NCBI GenBank assembly: GCA_964016885.1
Contig: OZ024744.1
Coordinates: forward strand, 72,788,001 to 72,852,000
Direction of reading: 5' to 3'
Length of the DNA stretch: 64,000 nucleotides
Source of the DNA: Eledone cirrhosa
Lineage: Eukaryota
Below, one piece after another: positions 39,819 to 53,961 of the stretch. Made by a program: the position numbers and the translations under genes. The notes beneath the pieces are model-generated. The model ran no database searches. It was given only the letters and a program-made list of their open reading frames with translations, and had not been told where the DNA came from. The stretch's first letter is position 1; each line of letters opens with the position of its first letter.

Positions 39819-41769
39819 AACCATAGTTGTTACATAATGATATAGTGATTATTAATTTTAATAAATCCCTCAAAATTCTTCATTAATTAATTGAAATAAA
39901 GTGATTTAATTAAAACTAAAGCCATGAAAAGGTTAAGGAACTCAAGTGAACACTTCATTTTTGAATTCCAAAATTTTAGAAGAGCTTGATTCCACCCTCC
40001 AACAATAATGTGTGATTGATTGCTATTAGAAAAGCTGATTAAATTCTTTACTTAATTGACCACATCCTTGCAGAGCTAACCAAAACATTTAATAGTAAAT
40101 TTTACCAGCGGGTAGTCTCTACATAGTCCCTTGATCCTGGGTAGAAATTGCAGCTAAACCTCCCTCAAATCAGATTATTCTGTTTCATCCCTTTTCATAC
40201 CAGCTTGTATGAGACCACCATGATCCTATGATACAAAAGTCTACTTTTTAAATGTTCATATTCAAAATTAAGACCTCCCATAAGTTGGTAATTTTAGATT
40301 CCAAACATCACTTTATCATCATCATCATCAATATTTCACATCCGTTTTCTATGGCATGGATTAGATGGGTTATCACAGTCTGGGTCTCAAAGAGTCAGGA
40401 AATCATATCTTGCTCATGTTTCATAATTTGGCATGGTTTCTTTCTCCTGCTAGGTACCCTTCCTAACACTAGCCACTTTACAGGTTAATGAAATGATAGT
40501 TATTTTATTAAACTCCTCCCAATTCTTGATTATTTGAAAAATTAATTGAAAGACAAAGGCAGTGAATATCTTTCAGAATATAGTCTCAAAAGGGTGAAAA
40601 ATGAAGGAGCTCATAGATACATTATGATTAAAGAATGATATGATAGTGATGGTTGGAACAGAAAGTTTCTTGACCAGGGCTGATCTCTAGCTAAATAACC
40701 AATCATTAATAGTAGCACTATGGAAACAAGGTAAATGCAGACATGTGGTAGATGATGTTGCAGAATCTATACTGGTTAATTGCCAAGATACTGTAAAGGT
40801 CTAGCACAATGAATCAGATCATACTAAAGGTTGTTCTCATCATTCACTGGCTAAATTTATCATTATTAATTATTATAGTACTATGGGAGATATGTGACAA
40901 AAGGAAATTATCCCCAAACATAAAAGTGAATTGATAATTGTCTATAGAAATAAAAGGTCATGGCAGAGCTAATATCAAATTTAAGTTAACTTTGACAAAA
41001 ATTGATTGTTGCTTTGATGTAGTAATAGTGAGATTTAGTAAGAAGCTAAGTTAAAAATAGATGAATTTTGTAGGAGTGACATTTAGACCTGTGATGAGAG
41101 TTAAAAGAAAGGTAAGACCAAGTAATGCCAGTTGGGGCAGAATTAAGCCAAGGAGCAGCAACTGTAGATTAGGCTTTAATCTATCAGAAATATGTTATGA
41201 TTGTTGTCATTTATCCCTAAGACTAGGCTTCCCAATATTTCATTCCATTTTAAGATTGTATAATGTGGTTTGGGGGAGTTTTTACTGCTATTCATAGCAA
41301 ATCAAGTGACCATAATGTGGATAAATAACTTCCAGCTGATTGTAGGAAAGTATATTAAGGGAAAAGACCGAAAAAAAAGAATATTTGTCTGGGTCACATG
41401 AAGAGCTGCCTAAATTTTTTTAAATGTTATTTTTCTTGTGCTTGAAATAGATGCCTTAATTTTGGCATCTACCCAAAGTCACTTTCACTAAAACAGGCTA
41501 CTAATAACTTCTATAAATTTTAATAATTATGTATTAAAAATGTGGGTTTTATAGATGAAACAGTATGTGAAAAAATTCCATAATGTGTTGTAAATATAAC
41601 CGTGATAAAAACTGCAAAGATAAGGAAAAAATTAGGCAATAATTTTTTTCTTTCTAACATAGGCACATGGGCCAGCAATTTGGAGGAAGGGGAAAGTGAA
41701 TTATATAATAATGATTTCTAATATAGCCACATGGGCCATCAATTCAGAGGAAGGGGAAAGTCAGATATA

Positions 41770-42265
41770 TAATAATGATTTCTACTGTAGGCATAAGGCC
41801 AGCAATGTTTGGAGAGGGGACAGTTGATTAAATCGACCCAGTGCATTACTGGTGTTTTATTTTATCAACCCTGTAAGGATGAAAGCAGAACTAACCTCAG
41901 TGTGATTTGAACTCAGAATGTAAAGGGCCGTAACTCTATACTGCAACACATGTTGTCTGATGCTCTACGAATAGTGCCAATCCACCGACGGTCAGTAATA
42001 GAAAATAATCCTCTTTAGATGTAGTTAAGCCCCAATTAAGTACTGACTGAGCAGACCCATTATTATCATTATTAATGGTGGTGGATTGGCAGTATCGGTA
42101 GAGGGTCAGACACCATGCTTTCCAGCATAGTTACGTCCCTTTACGATCTGAGTTCAAATCCCGCCGAGGTTGACTTTGCCTTTCATCCTTACGGGGTCGA
42201 TAAAATAAAGTACCAGTAATGCACTGGGTAATTGCTGGCCTTGTGCCTAAAGTAGAAACAATTGA
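41770..42265. mobile_element. Two Meta-like SINEs head-to-head (minus ~41770-41990, plus ~42076-42265)
   Basis: Same A-box, B-box and body as the 32071 copies. Confidence 0.8.
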
Positions 42266-42581
42266 TTGTTAGTATTCTGATTCGATTCACTGCTAATTTT
42301 TGTAGAATAACTGTGTAACAGGTGAACATGATTCCAGTATATTACTAATACTTATTTTATTAAGCCTTTCCTATTTTCCCTGGATGAAGAATGAAAGATA
42401 TAATTTTGTCCTTGGAGTCTTTTGAAACCATAATAGAAAAGACCAGAACTTCAAATGCTATATGTTTTAGTCTGGTGTTCACTCATCTTTCCATCAGCTT
42501 GAAACACTATATAATATGTTGGTGGGCAGACTCAATCTGTTGGGCAATTTAACACCATTAACCACATGGCCTTCAGATGCT

Positions 42582-42985
42582 TTAACCGTTTAGCAATTAC
42601 ATTACTCTATATATATAATATTATATTTTCACCGAGGGCGGTGGATTGGCAGTATCGGTAGAGGGTCAGACGCCATGCTTTGCAGCACAGTTACGTCCCT
42701 TTACAGACTGAGTTCAAATCCCGCCGAAGTTAACTTTGCCTTTCATCCTTACGGGGTCGATAAAATAAAGTACCAGTAATACACTGGGATAATTGCTGGC
42801 CTTGTGCCAAAAGTAAAAACAATTATATTTTCACCGTAAAGGCTTTACCTCTATGAGATTTTGATATTATTTATTTTGAGAACAATACCTTAATATCAGT
42901 ATGAGTGACCAGTTATGGCTGGTTTGAACAGAAAGAGGTGAGAGAATTCTAGTCGGATATGGCCAGTTTAAATGCTAAAGGTTAA
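42582..42985. mobile_element. TTAA MITE containing a SINE (42635-42821)
   Basis: TIRs present. The SINE is flanked by a 15-bp TSD attatattttcaccg (42620-42634 and 42822-42836). Confidence 0.9.
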
Positions 42986-43194
42986 ACAGACATCGCTCTG
43001 ATAGGAAATAAAAACAAACAATAATTAGAAACAAAAACTATAAATAAAACGTACTTGTTTTCAATTGTTTTATCTCCAGATTTGTTATAACCTTTTATTA
43101 AAATTATGAAAGTAACCTTGTCCAGAATGTATAAAAGGAGTGCTGTATAGTTGCAGGTTCTGTGCTCAGTCAGTCATCGTCACCATCGCCACTG

Positions 43195-43500
43195 CATCAT
43201 CATCATCAGCAACCCCATCATGTCTGTTTTTTCATGCTTGCATGGTTTGGATGGGTCCTTTTCAGCACAGCATCTCTCCAGACGTTGTGGTCTTTCATCA
43301 TCTCCTCTGTAAGTATCAGTGATTTGAGATCAGCTCACAGCACCTCTGCCCAGGTTTTCTCTGCCCAGGTCTTCCTCTACTGCGTTCTCCTTCCAATGGT
43401 ATTCTTGGCACTTCTTCATCCAGCAATCACCATCCATAAATATGACATGTCCATACCAGCACAGTCATCTCTCTTGTGCACTATTTGTAATTCCTCTTAT
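43195..43500 (-). mobile_element. RTE subfamily C 3' fragment
   Basis: Similar to 9131-9420 (ttcagcacagcatctctcca). Confidence 0.75.
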
Positions 43501-44104
43501 ACTCATTACTGTTTACAAATTCATAGAGAATGAGATTATAAATTCAAGATGAATTCAGATCAAGATTCTATCTTGAGGATAAATTCCTACGACCAGTCAT
43601 AGATGCTTTACCATTCCTTCTCTAAGTAAGAAAATTGAAAGATTTCATAATTAGCTGGGATTCTTATATGTAGATATTTAAATAAATCTTTTAAAATTTA
43701 AAGAACTGCCAGTTAGGGATACACACTCCCTAATTCAATTATTAACAGCCAGAAATTTATTCGTTTGTGTATTTATTTTGGATTTTCTATATTGTTTTAT
43801 TTTATTATTTTTTGTTTTTTCAAATTTCAAATTTAATCTACTTCTTATATAATGCTGTAAGGATAGCAGTAATATATCATTTCCCAGGGATTTATCATAT
43901 AAATCTCACTTCTTTTAAAGATATTTGTAATACCATCCTTTTCAGTGCAATCCTTGCACCTACAGAGCAAATTGTCTGTCAGTTTATCAGATATACTATT
44001 ACACATTACACATCATTCTCAAACCTACCAGTTAGTTGCCAGACATAAATAAGACAGTATTTTAAAGTAATCTCTTCTCTACCTGTTTTTCTTTCTTTCA
44101 TTTG

Positions 44105-44145
<41 letters not shown>

Positions 44146-44413
44146 TGTTTTTGTTCCTTTCTGAAACAAAGACATGTGCTTATGTTTAAAATTTTTTCTT
44201 CTCCCCAATGAGTTTGAAATAACAAAGATTTAATTAGAGAGGTTTTAGATTTCATCTTCATTTGAGTATATCATCTTAAAGACCTCATTATAACACCATA
44301 ATAGTCACTAATGAAAATCTAACTAAGCTTTATGCTTTTACAGGTTTTGGTTGGCCATTGAACTGTGGTCATACTGGAGCACTACATTCAAGTGTTCCAA
44401 TTAACCTCACTAC

Positions 44414-44642
44414 TTAACCCTTTAGCATTTAAACCGGCTGTATCCGGCCAGAATTCTCTCACCTCTTTCTGTTCAAACTGGCCATAACTGTCTGCTCATA
44501 CTTATGTTAAGGTATTATTCTCAAAATAAATAATATCCAAATCTTATAGATTCAATATCATGTGGAAAAATTAGGTGAAATAAAGGGTTTACCGTGATAA
44601 TACAATAGTAAATATAGAGTAATGTAAATGCTAAAGGGTTAA
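44414..44642. mobile_element. TTAA MITE
   Basis: Intact TIRs flanked by TTAA. Confidence 0.92.
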
Positions 44643-45141
44643 TTCAATCTTCTTTTATTGAATCACTAAGAAGCATTTTAGTGTTAGTTTCCTTCATATC
44701 TAGTTTGAACTGCTATAGTTTGGTACCTGTAGAAAATGTTATGGGTAAGAATGGATCTCTAAAGAAGTATTGAGTGATAGCATTCAATGCTAGGGGAGGG
44801 GGTTAGATGGGGAAATGCAGTGCCAAAGAGGAGAGCTATGAAAATGAAAATCATATGGGATTATTTGAGGCAGCTCATGGTTTTTCAAATCAGAGAAGCT
44901 GTAGAAATGATGTGATATTCAGACAAATGTCCATATTCAAATTATCATCCAGAATGTATATGTGTGTGTAACTTAAATCCTGTCCCATGTATATGGATAA
45001 TACTCCCATATTAATTGTACTTGAACTTTATATAGGTCCAGAAAATTATCAAACATAGTTGTTACTAGCCTCAAAGTGGAATGCAAGCCATTTTTTGGCA
45101 TTGTTTTAGGTGTGTTGGTGTTATCAAAGCAATTGGGAGAC

Positions 45142-45356
45142 TTGATCCTTTAGCATTTAAACCGGCTGTATCCAGCCAGAATTCTCTCACCTCTTTCTGT
45201 TCAAACCGGTCGTAACCGGCTGTTCATACTGATGTTAAGGTATTGTTCTCAAAATAAATAATATCAAAATCTCATAGATTTGATATTATGTGAGATAAAC
45301 ATGTGAGGTAAAGTGTTTACCACGAAAATCAATTGTATATATAGAGTAATGTAAAT
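45142..45356. mobile_element. TTAA MITE, right TIR lost
   Basis: Body matches the 44414 copy. Confidence 0.8.
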
Positions 45357-45702
45357 CAAGTAGTTTAGTATGCATGTACAGAGAGAGTTTAATGTAATCT
45401 TTGATTATACATATTTTCACCTAACATTAATCGAATAATTTAATGTACAACTCTTTTGAGTTGATTTTAAATGATTTAAAAGCTAATTTTTCCATTTATG
45501 CATTTGATTGCATTTGCCCTGTGCCTATCTCTTCCTCTCCAACTTTTTCTCCTTTAAAAATTTACTTTTTCTACAGACCAATATAATATTAACCTAATTC
45601 GGAAGTGACGACAGCAGTTATATACTATCATATATAATTCTCTACATACATTTGAGCTTTCTATATATAGTTTTACCTTAGCCATATATTGCTCCAAATG
45701 CA

Positions 45703-46688
45703 AACTATGGGTACACGAGTGATGTAGTCGGATCTCAGGAAATTTAGCTACGAATATAGGCTTTACATGTAGCGGTTACACCGGGACAGTAAGCAGCAAA
45801 TGGCCACAGGAAACAAGCACTACCAAATTCTGGGAGGGCTCACTAGAAATAGTAGACAGCCTCTGTTACCTAGGTGACCAAATTAACAGTAGAGGTGGGT
45901 GCTCTGAAAGTACAATAACCAAGGTAAGAACGGGATGGAAGAAGTTCAGGGAGCTACTACCATTGCTAGCTGCAAAAGGCTTTTCCCTCAAAAGGAAAAA
46001 CAGACTGTATGGTGCGTGTATACGAACAGCAATGTTACATTGTAGTAAGTCCTGGGCGTTGTGTGCAGAAGACTTGCATAGATTGGAAAGAAATGAAGCT
46101 TGCATGCTCCAATGGATGTGTAATAGTAATATACATGAATGGCAAAGCATAAATGAATTGAGAGAGAGACTAGGAATAAGATGAATCAAATGGTGAGTGC
46201 AGAAGAGAATACGTTGGTATGGACATGTGATGCGTATGAAGGATGACAGCTGCATAAAAAAGTGCAGAGTGCTAAAAGTTGATAGAAGAAGCCTTGGAGT
46301 GGGGAGACCCAAGAAGACCTGGGATGAGGTGATAAAAGCTGATCTTGCCCAATTACACATCTCAAAGGCGATGACATAGGACCTAGACCTCTGGTGTTGT
46401 GCAGTAATGCAGAAGACCTGACTTTCCACGGATACAAGCTGAAGCTGAAGCATATAGACAATATGCCCCCACCCTTCCCACTGTAAAGTGGACATGTATG
46501 TGTCACGATAAAAAAGCACCCAGTCCGCACTGTAAATGAGGTTGGTGTTAGGAAAGGCATCCAAGCCAAAATCAGTTCTGTATAAGCAAGACATGGTCAC
46601 CTGACCTAGCATTGCCCAGAACAGGACAACTTGTCTAACCGATGCTAGCGTGGGAGAATGGAGGTAAAACAGTGATGATGATGATGAT
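45703..46688 (+). mobile_element. RTE LINE 3' fragment (subfamily A-like), degenerate
   Basis: ORFs 45963-46184 and 46197-46379 are RTE thumb/C-terminal; UTR and tail present. Confidence 0.88.
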
Positions 46689-48054
46689 ATATATATATAA
46701 ATAGCATAGAAAAAATTCCAAAGACGGAATGTATGAACAATAATATATGTAATGCATATGTCTGTATAAACAAGATATGGTCTTGTACATCTACTTAAAC
46801 CTGTGTTTTTTTTCTACCATCATCTCAATGTTGGAGACAAACCAATTCAAGAGGAGAGAAAGAGAAAAGTAAAAAGAGATGAAACAACCAGTAAGGTCTA
46901 ACAGATGAAGTTGTATCATTTAAGTGTCTTGTGACGACACAGACACAACATAAATAATAAGTTGCAATTTTTGTTTGCACCAGTTAACACAGTTTGATCA
47001 ACAAACACTCTAAGAATGCTGCATTTAATATATGTATGTATATGTGTGTGTGTGTATCTATCTATCTATCTATCTATCTTTACTCCCCTTTTTGTGTAAA
47101 CTCCCCCCTTGTATTTGTCCCCTAGTGGCAATAAATAGAAATCTATCTATATATAAGTGGAAGGGATATTTAATTTGTTGGAAATTCAACAAATATAAAT
47201 GTTTATAACTGATTCAGAGCACTCAACAGATTTCTAGAGTAAATATTCAATGAGTTTAAATAAATGGAAACTATATTTATAAAACCATATTTAATTATAT
47301 ATATAGTTTATAAAACCATAATTAATTATATATATATATTTATAGTTTCTTTATGTGCTTTACCAGGGTGGTATTGTATCCCCTATTATCCGACATAATT
47401 TATATTGTAGTGACCTACATTCCGCGGGCTCACATACATTCTCTGTGCGTGATTTGGCTCAGCTCAGCCAATCAGCGCCAGTAGAAGAGGATGTATCCCT
47501 ACGCGTTCTGAGGGAGAAATAGCCCGGAAAGATTTGAGGACGCGATCACTTCCAGCTAGGCCGTGCTAAGGTAAACACCACTTGTTCTTTTGCTCCGCCA
47601 GCACAAACAATATGTAACGACACAGCAATTTTACTACGGAATTGGCTAAACGTCTTAGCCAGTCGACCGTATTTTCTCTTGTAATCTTAATTGAATTATT
47701 TCATTTCTCTTGGCATGCCAGCTCAACCTTTGTTAATAAATAATGTAAAAACAAGCTAAAGTCGTGGTCGATATTCCTATCATATCTTTCTACCAAACCT
47801 GGTTCCTCGTGGCAACCTTACCAACTTCTAAATACTTCTCCGCTAAATTGGTGACTTATATTCAACAAAGAGAAAACATTTATTTCCTTTAATATTGTCA
47901 CTTTCTCTCATTGCTACGATTTATAAAGACCTCGATTTCTTGTCATGGAGCTCCTTGGATCATGGAGGATTATTGCGAGTTTTTAACTCTCCTTTTAATT
48001 GGATATATATATATGTATATATAATAGAACATATGATCATGTAACATCAACGTT

Positions 48055-48712
48055 GTGCTAGAGACCTTTGTTAGCCGCTCTCCAGCCATCTATTTAAAGC
48101 TGTATACAGCTATGTTACGACCACACTTGGAATTCGCATCATCAGTCTGGAACCCCTATCTTGCTCAGAACATTGACCTCCTGGAAACTGTTCAGAGACA
48201 TGCAACCAAGCGCATACCCTCCATCAGACACCTACCATACTCTGAACGCCTTGCTTCTCTGGGCATGGATTCATTGAAGTTCCGACGTCTAGCAATGGAC
48301 TTGGTAAACACCCACAAAGCTATTAACCATCTCGCCAACAACAACCCTGAGTGCCTTTTTGATCTCTATATGTCTAACACACGTGCAGATGCCTACAAAG
48401 TCAGAAAACAGCACAGCTCCCATGACTTTCGGAAACTTTTTTTCACGCTTAGAGTTGCTGAAGCATGGAACAAACTGCCTGTGTCAGTTGTTAGCTGTCG
48501 AGACACTGCATCCTTTAAAACCTTCATGCTTCCTGAAATTCGCCCAAACTACACCTGATATCTCCCTTCCATACACATGCACACATGTGAATATCAGGAG
48601 TCTGCACTGTTCATTTTCCTGACGTTTGTACATTATCCTATGTACTATACACACACTTTTTGATGAGTTGTAGTGCACCTGAGCACTGTACACAATATTT
48701 TCATTATTATTA
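48055..48712 (+). mobile_element. CR1-group LINE 3' fragment
   Basis: RPHLEFASSVWNPY..LETVQRHATK..YSERL..RRL..D; FF..RV..AWNKLP; (ATT)n tail. Confidence 0.9.
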
Positions 48713-48879
48713 CTATTTCTATTCTTTGTGGTAATTTGATTGTGTATGTGCTTTCATATCTTCATCCCTAACCCCCTCTCTCCTTCTCTCTCTCTCACAC
48801 ACACACAGTGTTGACAAAATATATCTACTTTCTAGATGGTCAGTAGTTTAACAACAGCTACCATCCATCCATCTATCTA

Positions 48880-49345
48880 TCATCATCATCATTAGTGTTT
48901 AATGTCCATTTTCCAAGCCAACATGAGTTAGATGAGCTGTCCTGTTGAGAGACGAATCGGATGAGATGACCATGTTTTGCACAAACAGAACCGTTTCTGG
49001 CTTGGTTTCTACAGATGGATGCTCTTCCTAATGCCAACCACATTTACAGTGTGGAACGGGTGCTTTTTGTCATGACAATTACATGACCATTTTACAGTGT
49101 AGACTGGACGCCTTTTGCCATGACACATACACGGCCACTTTACAGTGAGGACTGGGCGCTTTTTGTCGTGACGTATACACGACCACTTTACAGCGAGTAC
49201 TGGGTGCTTTTTGTTGTGACACATACACAGCCACTTTACAGTGAGTACTGGGTGCTTTTTGCCGTGACACATACACGACCACTTTACAGTATAGACTGGG
49301 CGCTTTTTGCTGTGACACATACACGACCACTTTACAGTAGTGTGG
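48880..49345 (-). mobile_element. RTE 3'UTR with expanded 48-bp tandem unit (about 6 copies, 49040-49338)
   Basis: tttacag recurs every 48 nt; (CAT)n tail at ~48880. Confidence 0.85.
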
Positions 49346-49529
49346 ACTGGAGGCTGGGGTAGAAGTATGTGGGAGTTGTAGAGGTAGATATAGGGTGGGG
49401 GACTTATCTGATGAAAGGTGTGGGTGTAGGGAGTTGGATGGGGTGTTAGGACATGGGAGGTATATGGAAGTGAGGAGGAGAAGGTAACACATTCAAGATG
49501 TATGCTTCAACCACTGCATCTATCTATCA

Positions 49530-49750
49530 ATAATAATTGTTTCTACTTTAGGCACAAGGCCAGCAATTTAAAGGGGAGAGGAAAGTCAATTATATCAATT
49601 CCAATGCATTACTGGTACTTTATTTTATCGACCCCCATAAGGATGAAAGGCAAAGCTAACATCGATGGGATTTGAACTAAGAATGTAAAGGGCCGTAACT
49701 CTATGCTGCAAAGCATGGTGTCCAACGCTCCACCGATACTACCAATCCAA
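49530..49750 (-). mobile_element. Meta-like SINE
   Basis: Reverse complement of the 32071 family. Confidence 0.8.
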
Positions 49751-50995
49751 ATAATAATAAAAATTAAGCTAAAAGCTTAAAAAAGACAAAATTTTCACTG
49801 ACTGTAATACCTTTCCTCCCGAGGCTGCTTGGTCAGGGCTGACCTGGAGTTAAACAACAATAGCCTATTGCTCTCTGGCAATATGTTCTTGCAAGATGTG
49901 TCTGGAAACAACAGATACAGAAATATACCTTTATGAACTCCACTCTTTCTCAATTTGTACTGTACTATATACTACATCCTTATACCCTCTGTCTCCATCA
50001 CCTACCTATTTCATCCCTTGTATCTGTGGGTGTGACATTTAACCTGCCTATACTTAACTCCTCCCCTATTCTTTTTTTTTTCTACTATTTTTTATTACTA
50101 TACCCTTTCTACACACCCCCTTTCCTTCACTTGACTCTTTCGCCCCCCACTACACATCATACATCTCAGTTCCACCCTTCACCCCCTCCTACCCGGCCAT
50201 GTAATACCCGCAGTACCCCCCACCCCTATTTCCAGAGAGACCTGCCTACATGCAAATTGTAAATAATATATAATAAAGAAAATTGTTAATTTATATATTT
50301 AATATGTATAAATATACTAACTATAAATAAATATTATACATTTTTTATTTTACTATATTTCTATATATGATATTTAATATACTATTATATCATCTCTACC
50401 GCCCCGTTACGCCCTAGCGCCACCCCTGGACCTTCTCAACGCTCCTCCGGGGGCAACCTCCTTAGTGTAGATCCGACTATAAAATGCACTAAGTACACTC
50501 TATGATGTGCTTGACATTCAACCACAGTAATAACAGGGTAGAGAAGACTCTTTTAGTCAAGTCAATGAATCTGACGCCCTCTATTGTGCTGGCGGCGGTT
50601 GTGGTGGTGGTGGGTGGGGGGTGGGAGGGGGCGGGGGAGTGGGGCGGGGTGTGTTGTAATGAAAGAAATGCACCTAGTACACTCTGTGAAGTTGTTGGTG
50701 TTAAGAAGGGCATCCAACTGTAGAAACAACGTCAAAACTGAAATGCATGTAAGTGAGCTGTTGCCTTTTTTGCCCATTTAGGAGAAGAGTAATTCTGATT
50801 AAGTACCGACTTAATTATTACTGACTCTCCATGCTATAGCGGCCTAGAAAAACGGATGTAAAATGTTGCTGCTGTCACTCATAATGATGATGATGATGAT
50901 GATGATGATGATAGATCTGCACATATGCATGCACACACATACACACACACATATGTATTGAATATACATACATATAAACACACACTACACATCCA

Positions 50996-51030
<35 letters not shown>

Positions 51031-51124
51031 ATCTCTCTCTCTCTCTCTACACACACATATATACATTTATATATATCATCATCATCATCATTTCATTTTA
51101 TGTCCGCTTTTCCCTGCTTGCAAG

Positions 51125-51174
<50 letters not shown>

Positions 51175-51178
51175 CATT

Positions 51179-51210
<32 letters not shown>

Positions 51211-51232
51211 TACATTTATATATATATACATT

Positions 51233-51264
<32 letters not shown>

Positions 51265-51488
51265 TACATTTATATATATATGTATATAAATATACATTTA
51301 TATATATATATATGTATATATATATACATTTATATATATATATGTATATATATATACATTTATATATGTATATATATATACATTTATATATATATGTATA
51401 TATATATACATATGTATATATATATACATTTATATACATATGTATATATATATACATTTATATATATATGTATATATATATATACATT

Positions 51489-51520
<32 letters not shown>

Positions 51521-51524
51521 CATT

Positions 51525-51557
<33 letters not shown>

Positions 51558-51734
51558 TGTTATACTTGGGGAGGGTCATATTTGCGTAATATTGCCAGAA
51601 TTAATAACAGAACACACTCACTGTTATATATATATATACATTTATATATATATATATACATTTATATATATATATACATTTATATATATATATACATTTA
51701 TATATATATATACATTTATATATATATATACATC

Positions 51735-51765
<31 letters not shown>

Positions 51766-52078
51766 TTATATATATATATACATTTATATATATATGTATA
51801 TATATATATACATTTATATATATATCTATATATATATACATTTATATATATATATGTATATATATATACATTTATATATATATATGTATATATATATACA
51901 TTTATATATATATGTATATATATATACATTTATATATACATTTATATATATATATATATAAACACATTTATATATATATATACATTTATATATATATGTA
52001 TATATATATACATTTATATATATATATATATATATATATAGATTTATATATATATGTATATATATATATATATATATA
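51125..52078. repeat. (TA)n satellite with TACATTTA/ATGTAT sub-units
   Basis: Directly visible; contains a ~70-bp non-repetitive island at 51558-51626. Confidence 0.95.
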
Positions 52079-53029
52079 CCACTATTAGCCGCTAGAGGGT
52101 TCTCCCTAAAAATGAAAGGCAGGTTATACGATGCCTGCATACGAACAGCAATGCTGCATGGCAGTGAGACCTGGGCATTGTGTGCAGAGGATATACGCAG
52201 ACTAGAGAGGAACGAAGCTTGCATGCTCCGCTGGATGTGCAATAGTAATATATGTGAACGGCAAAGCATAAATGAACTAAGGAAAAAATTAGAAATAAGA
52301 GGGATCAGATGTTGTTTACTCGAGAGAAGGCTACGTTGGTACGGTCACGTGATGCGCATGAAAGACGACAGCTGTATAACAAAGTGCAGGGCAATAAAGA
52401 TAGACGGTAGCCACGGAGTAGGCAGACCCAGAAAAACATGGGACGAGCTGATAAATTCCGACCTCACACGCTTACACCTCTCCAAGACAATGTCACTGGA
52501 CCGAGACCTTTGGCGGTACTCAGTAATAGAGAAGACCCGCCTTACCTAAATACAAAGTAAAAACCTACTACAGTCAGTAGGCATCTCTATCAAAACACCC
52601 CCCCCGTCCCTCCACACCGCCCCTTTCAATTTAAAGTTATGTTGGTCCCACAACATCCAGGCCGAAACAAATGAGATCGTGTAGGTGTCACGACAAAAAA
52701 ACATACAGTCCACGCTGTAAATGTGACCGTGTAGGCAACACGGTAAAAACCTCCCAGCCCCACACTGTAAATGTGGTTGGTGTTAGGAAGGGCATCCAGC
52801 TGTAGAAAACCCGCCAGACAGTCCACGCTGTAATGTGGCCGTGTAGGCAACACGGTAAAAACCTCCCAGCCCCACACTGTAAATGTGGTTGGTGTTAGGA
52901 AGGGCATCCAACTGTAGAAAACACGCCAGACAGTCCTATGCGAGCAAGACAACCACTCTTGCCTCAAGTGGGAAAACCCCTGTCCAAACCCATGCAAGCG
53001 TGGAACACGGACGCTAAACCTGATGATGA
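52079..53029 (+). mobile_element. RTE LINE 3' fragment (subfamily B) with ~113-bp UTR duplication
   Basis: ORF 52112-52549 is nearly identical to ORF 27-476. Confidence 0.93.
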
Positions 53030-53049
53030 TATATATATACATTTATATA

Positions 53050-53104
<55 letters not shown>

Positions 53105-53181
53105 GTATATATATATATGTATATATATATATGTATATATATATATGTATATACATATATGTATATGTATATATATTTATG

Positions 53182-53216
<35 letters not shown>

Positions 53217-53317
53217 GTATATATATATATGTATATATATATATGTATATATATATATGTATATATATATATGTATATATATATATGTATATATATATAT
53301 GTATATATATATATATG

Positions 53318-53366
<49 letters not shown>

Positions 53367-53367
53367 G

Positions 53368-53412
<45 letters not shown>

Positions 53413-53417
53413 TTATG

Positions 53418-53450
<33 letters not shown>

Positions 53451-53455
53451 TTATG

Positions 53456-53490
<35 letters not shown>

Positions 53491-53555
53491 GTATATATAT
53501 ATATGTATATATATATTTATATATATATATATTTATATATATTTATATATATATT

Positions 53556-53606
<51 letters not shown>

Positions 53607-53610
53607 GCAC
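53030..53610. repeat. (TA)nTG microsatellite
   Basis: Directly visible. Confidence 0.96.
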
Positions 53611-53876
53611 ATACATTGAGTGAACTTGGTTGATTATATTTGAATTGTAAATATCTTATCAGTTATAAGAGATCAAGATAGACCAATTTTCAAACAAGGA
53701 TTGTTAGGTCATCTCACTAGTCTTCACCACATTAACTGTGTTAATCATGTTATCTTATTGTGTAGTACTTAAAATTTGACGAAAATTTATTTCACCTAAG
53801 AATTGGCTGCTTCTTTAAGCACTGAGCGACTTACAAAGAAACCCTTATATATATATTAAAATAACAGATTAAAGTT

Positions 53877-53961
53877 TAAGCAAAGAATCGCTGCTTTCAC
53901 CCTTAATGGGATCTTCTGAAACTCTGAAGATCCCGTTAAGGGTGAAGGCAGCGATTCTTTG

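Noticed and set aside
42635-42730. tRNA gene candidates (A and B boxes), also at 18466 and 32071
   Set aside because: No cloverleaf; these are SINE heads followed by SINE bodies and tails.
49040-49338. Regularly spaced repeats resembling a CRISPR array
   Set aside because: The units are contiguous 48-bp tandem copies with no unique spacers and no cas genes, in a eukaryotic LINE UTR.
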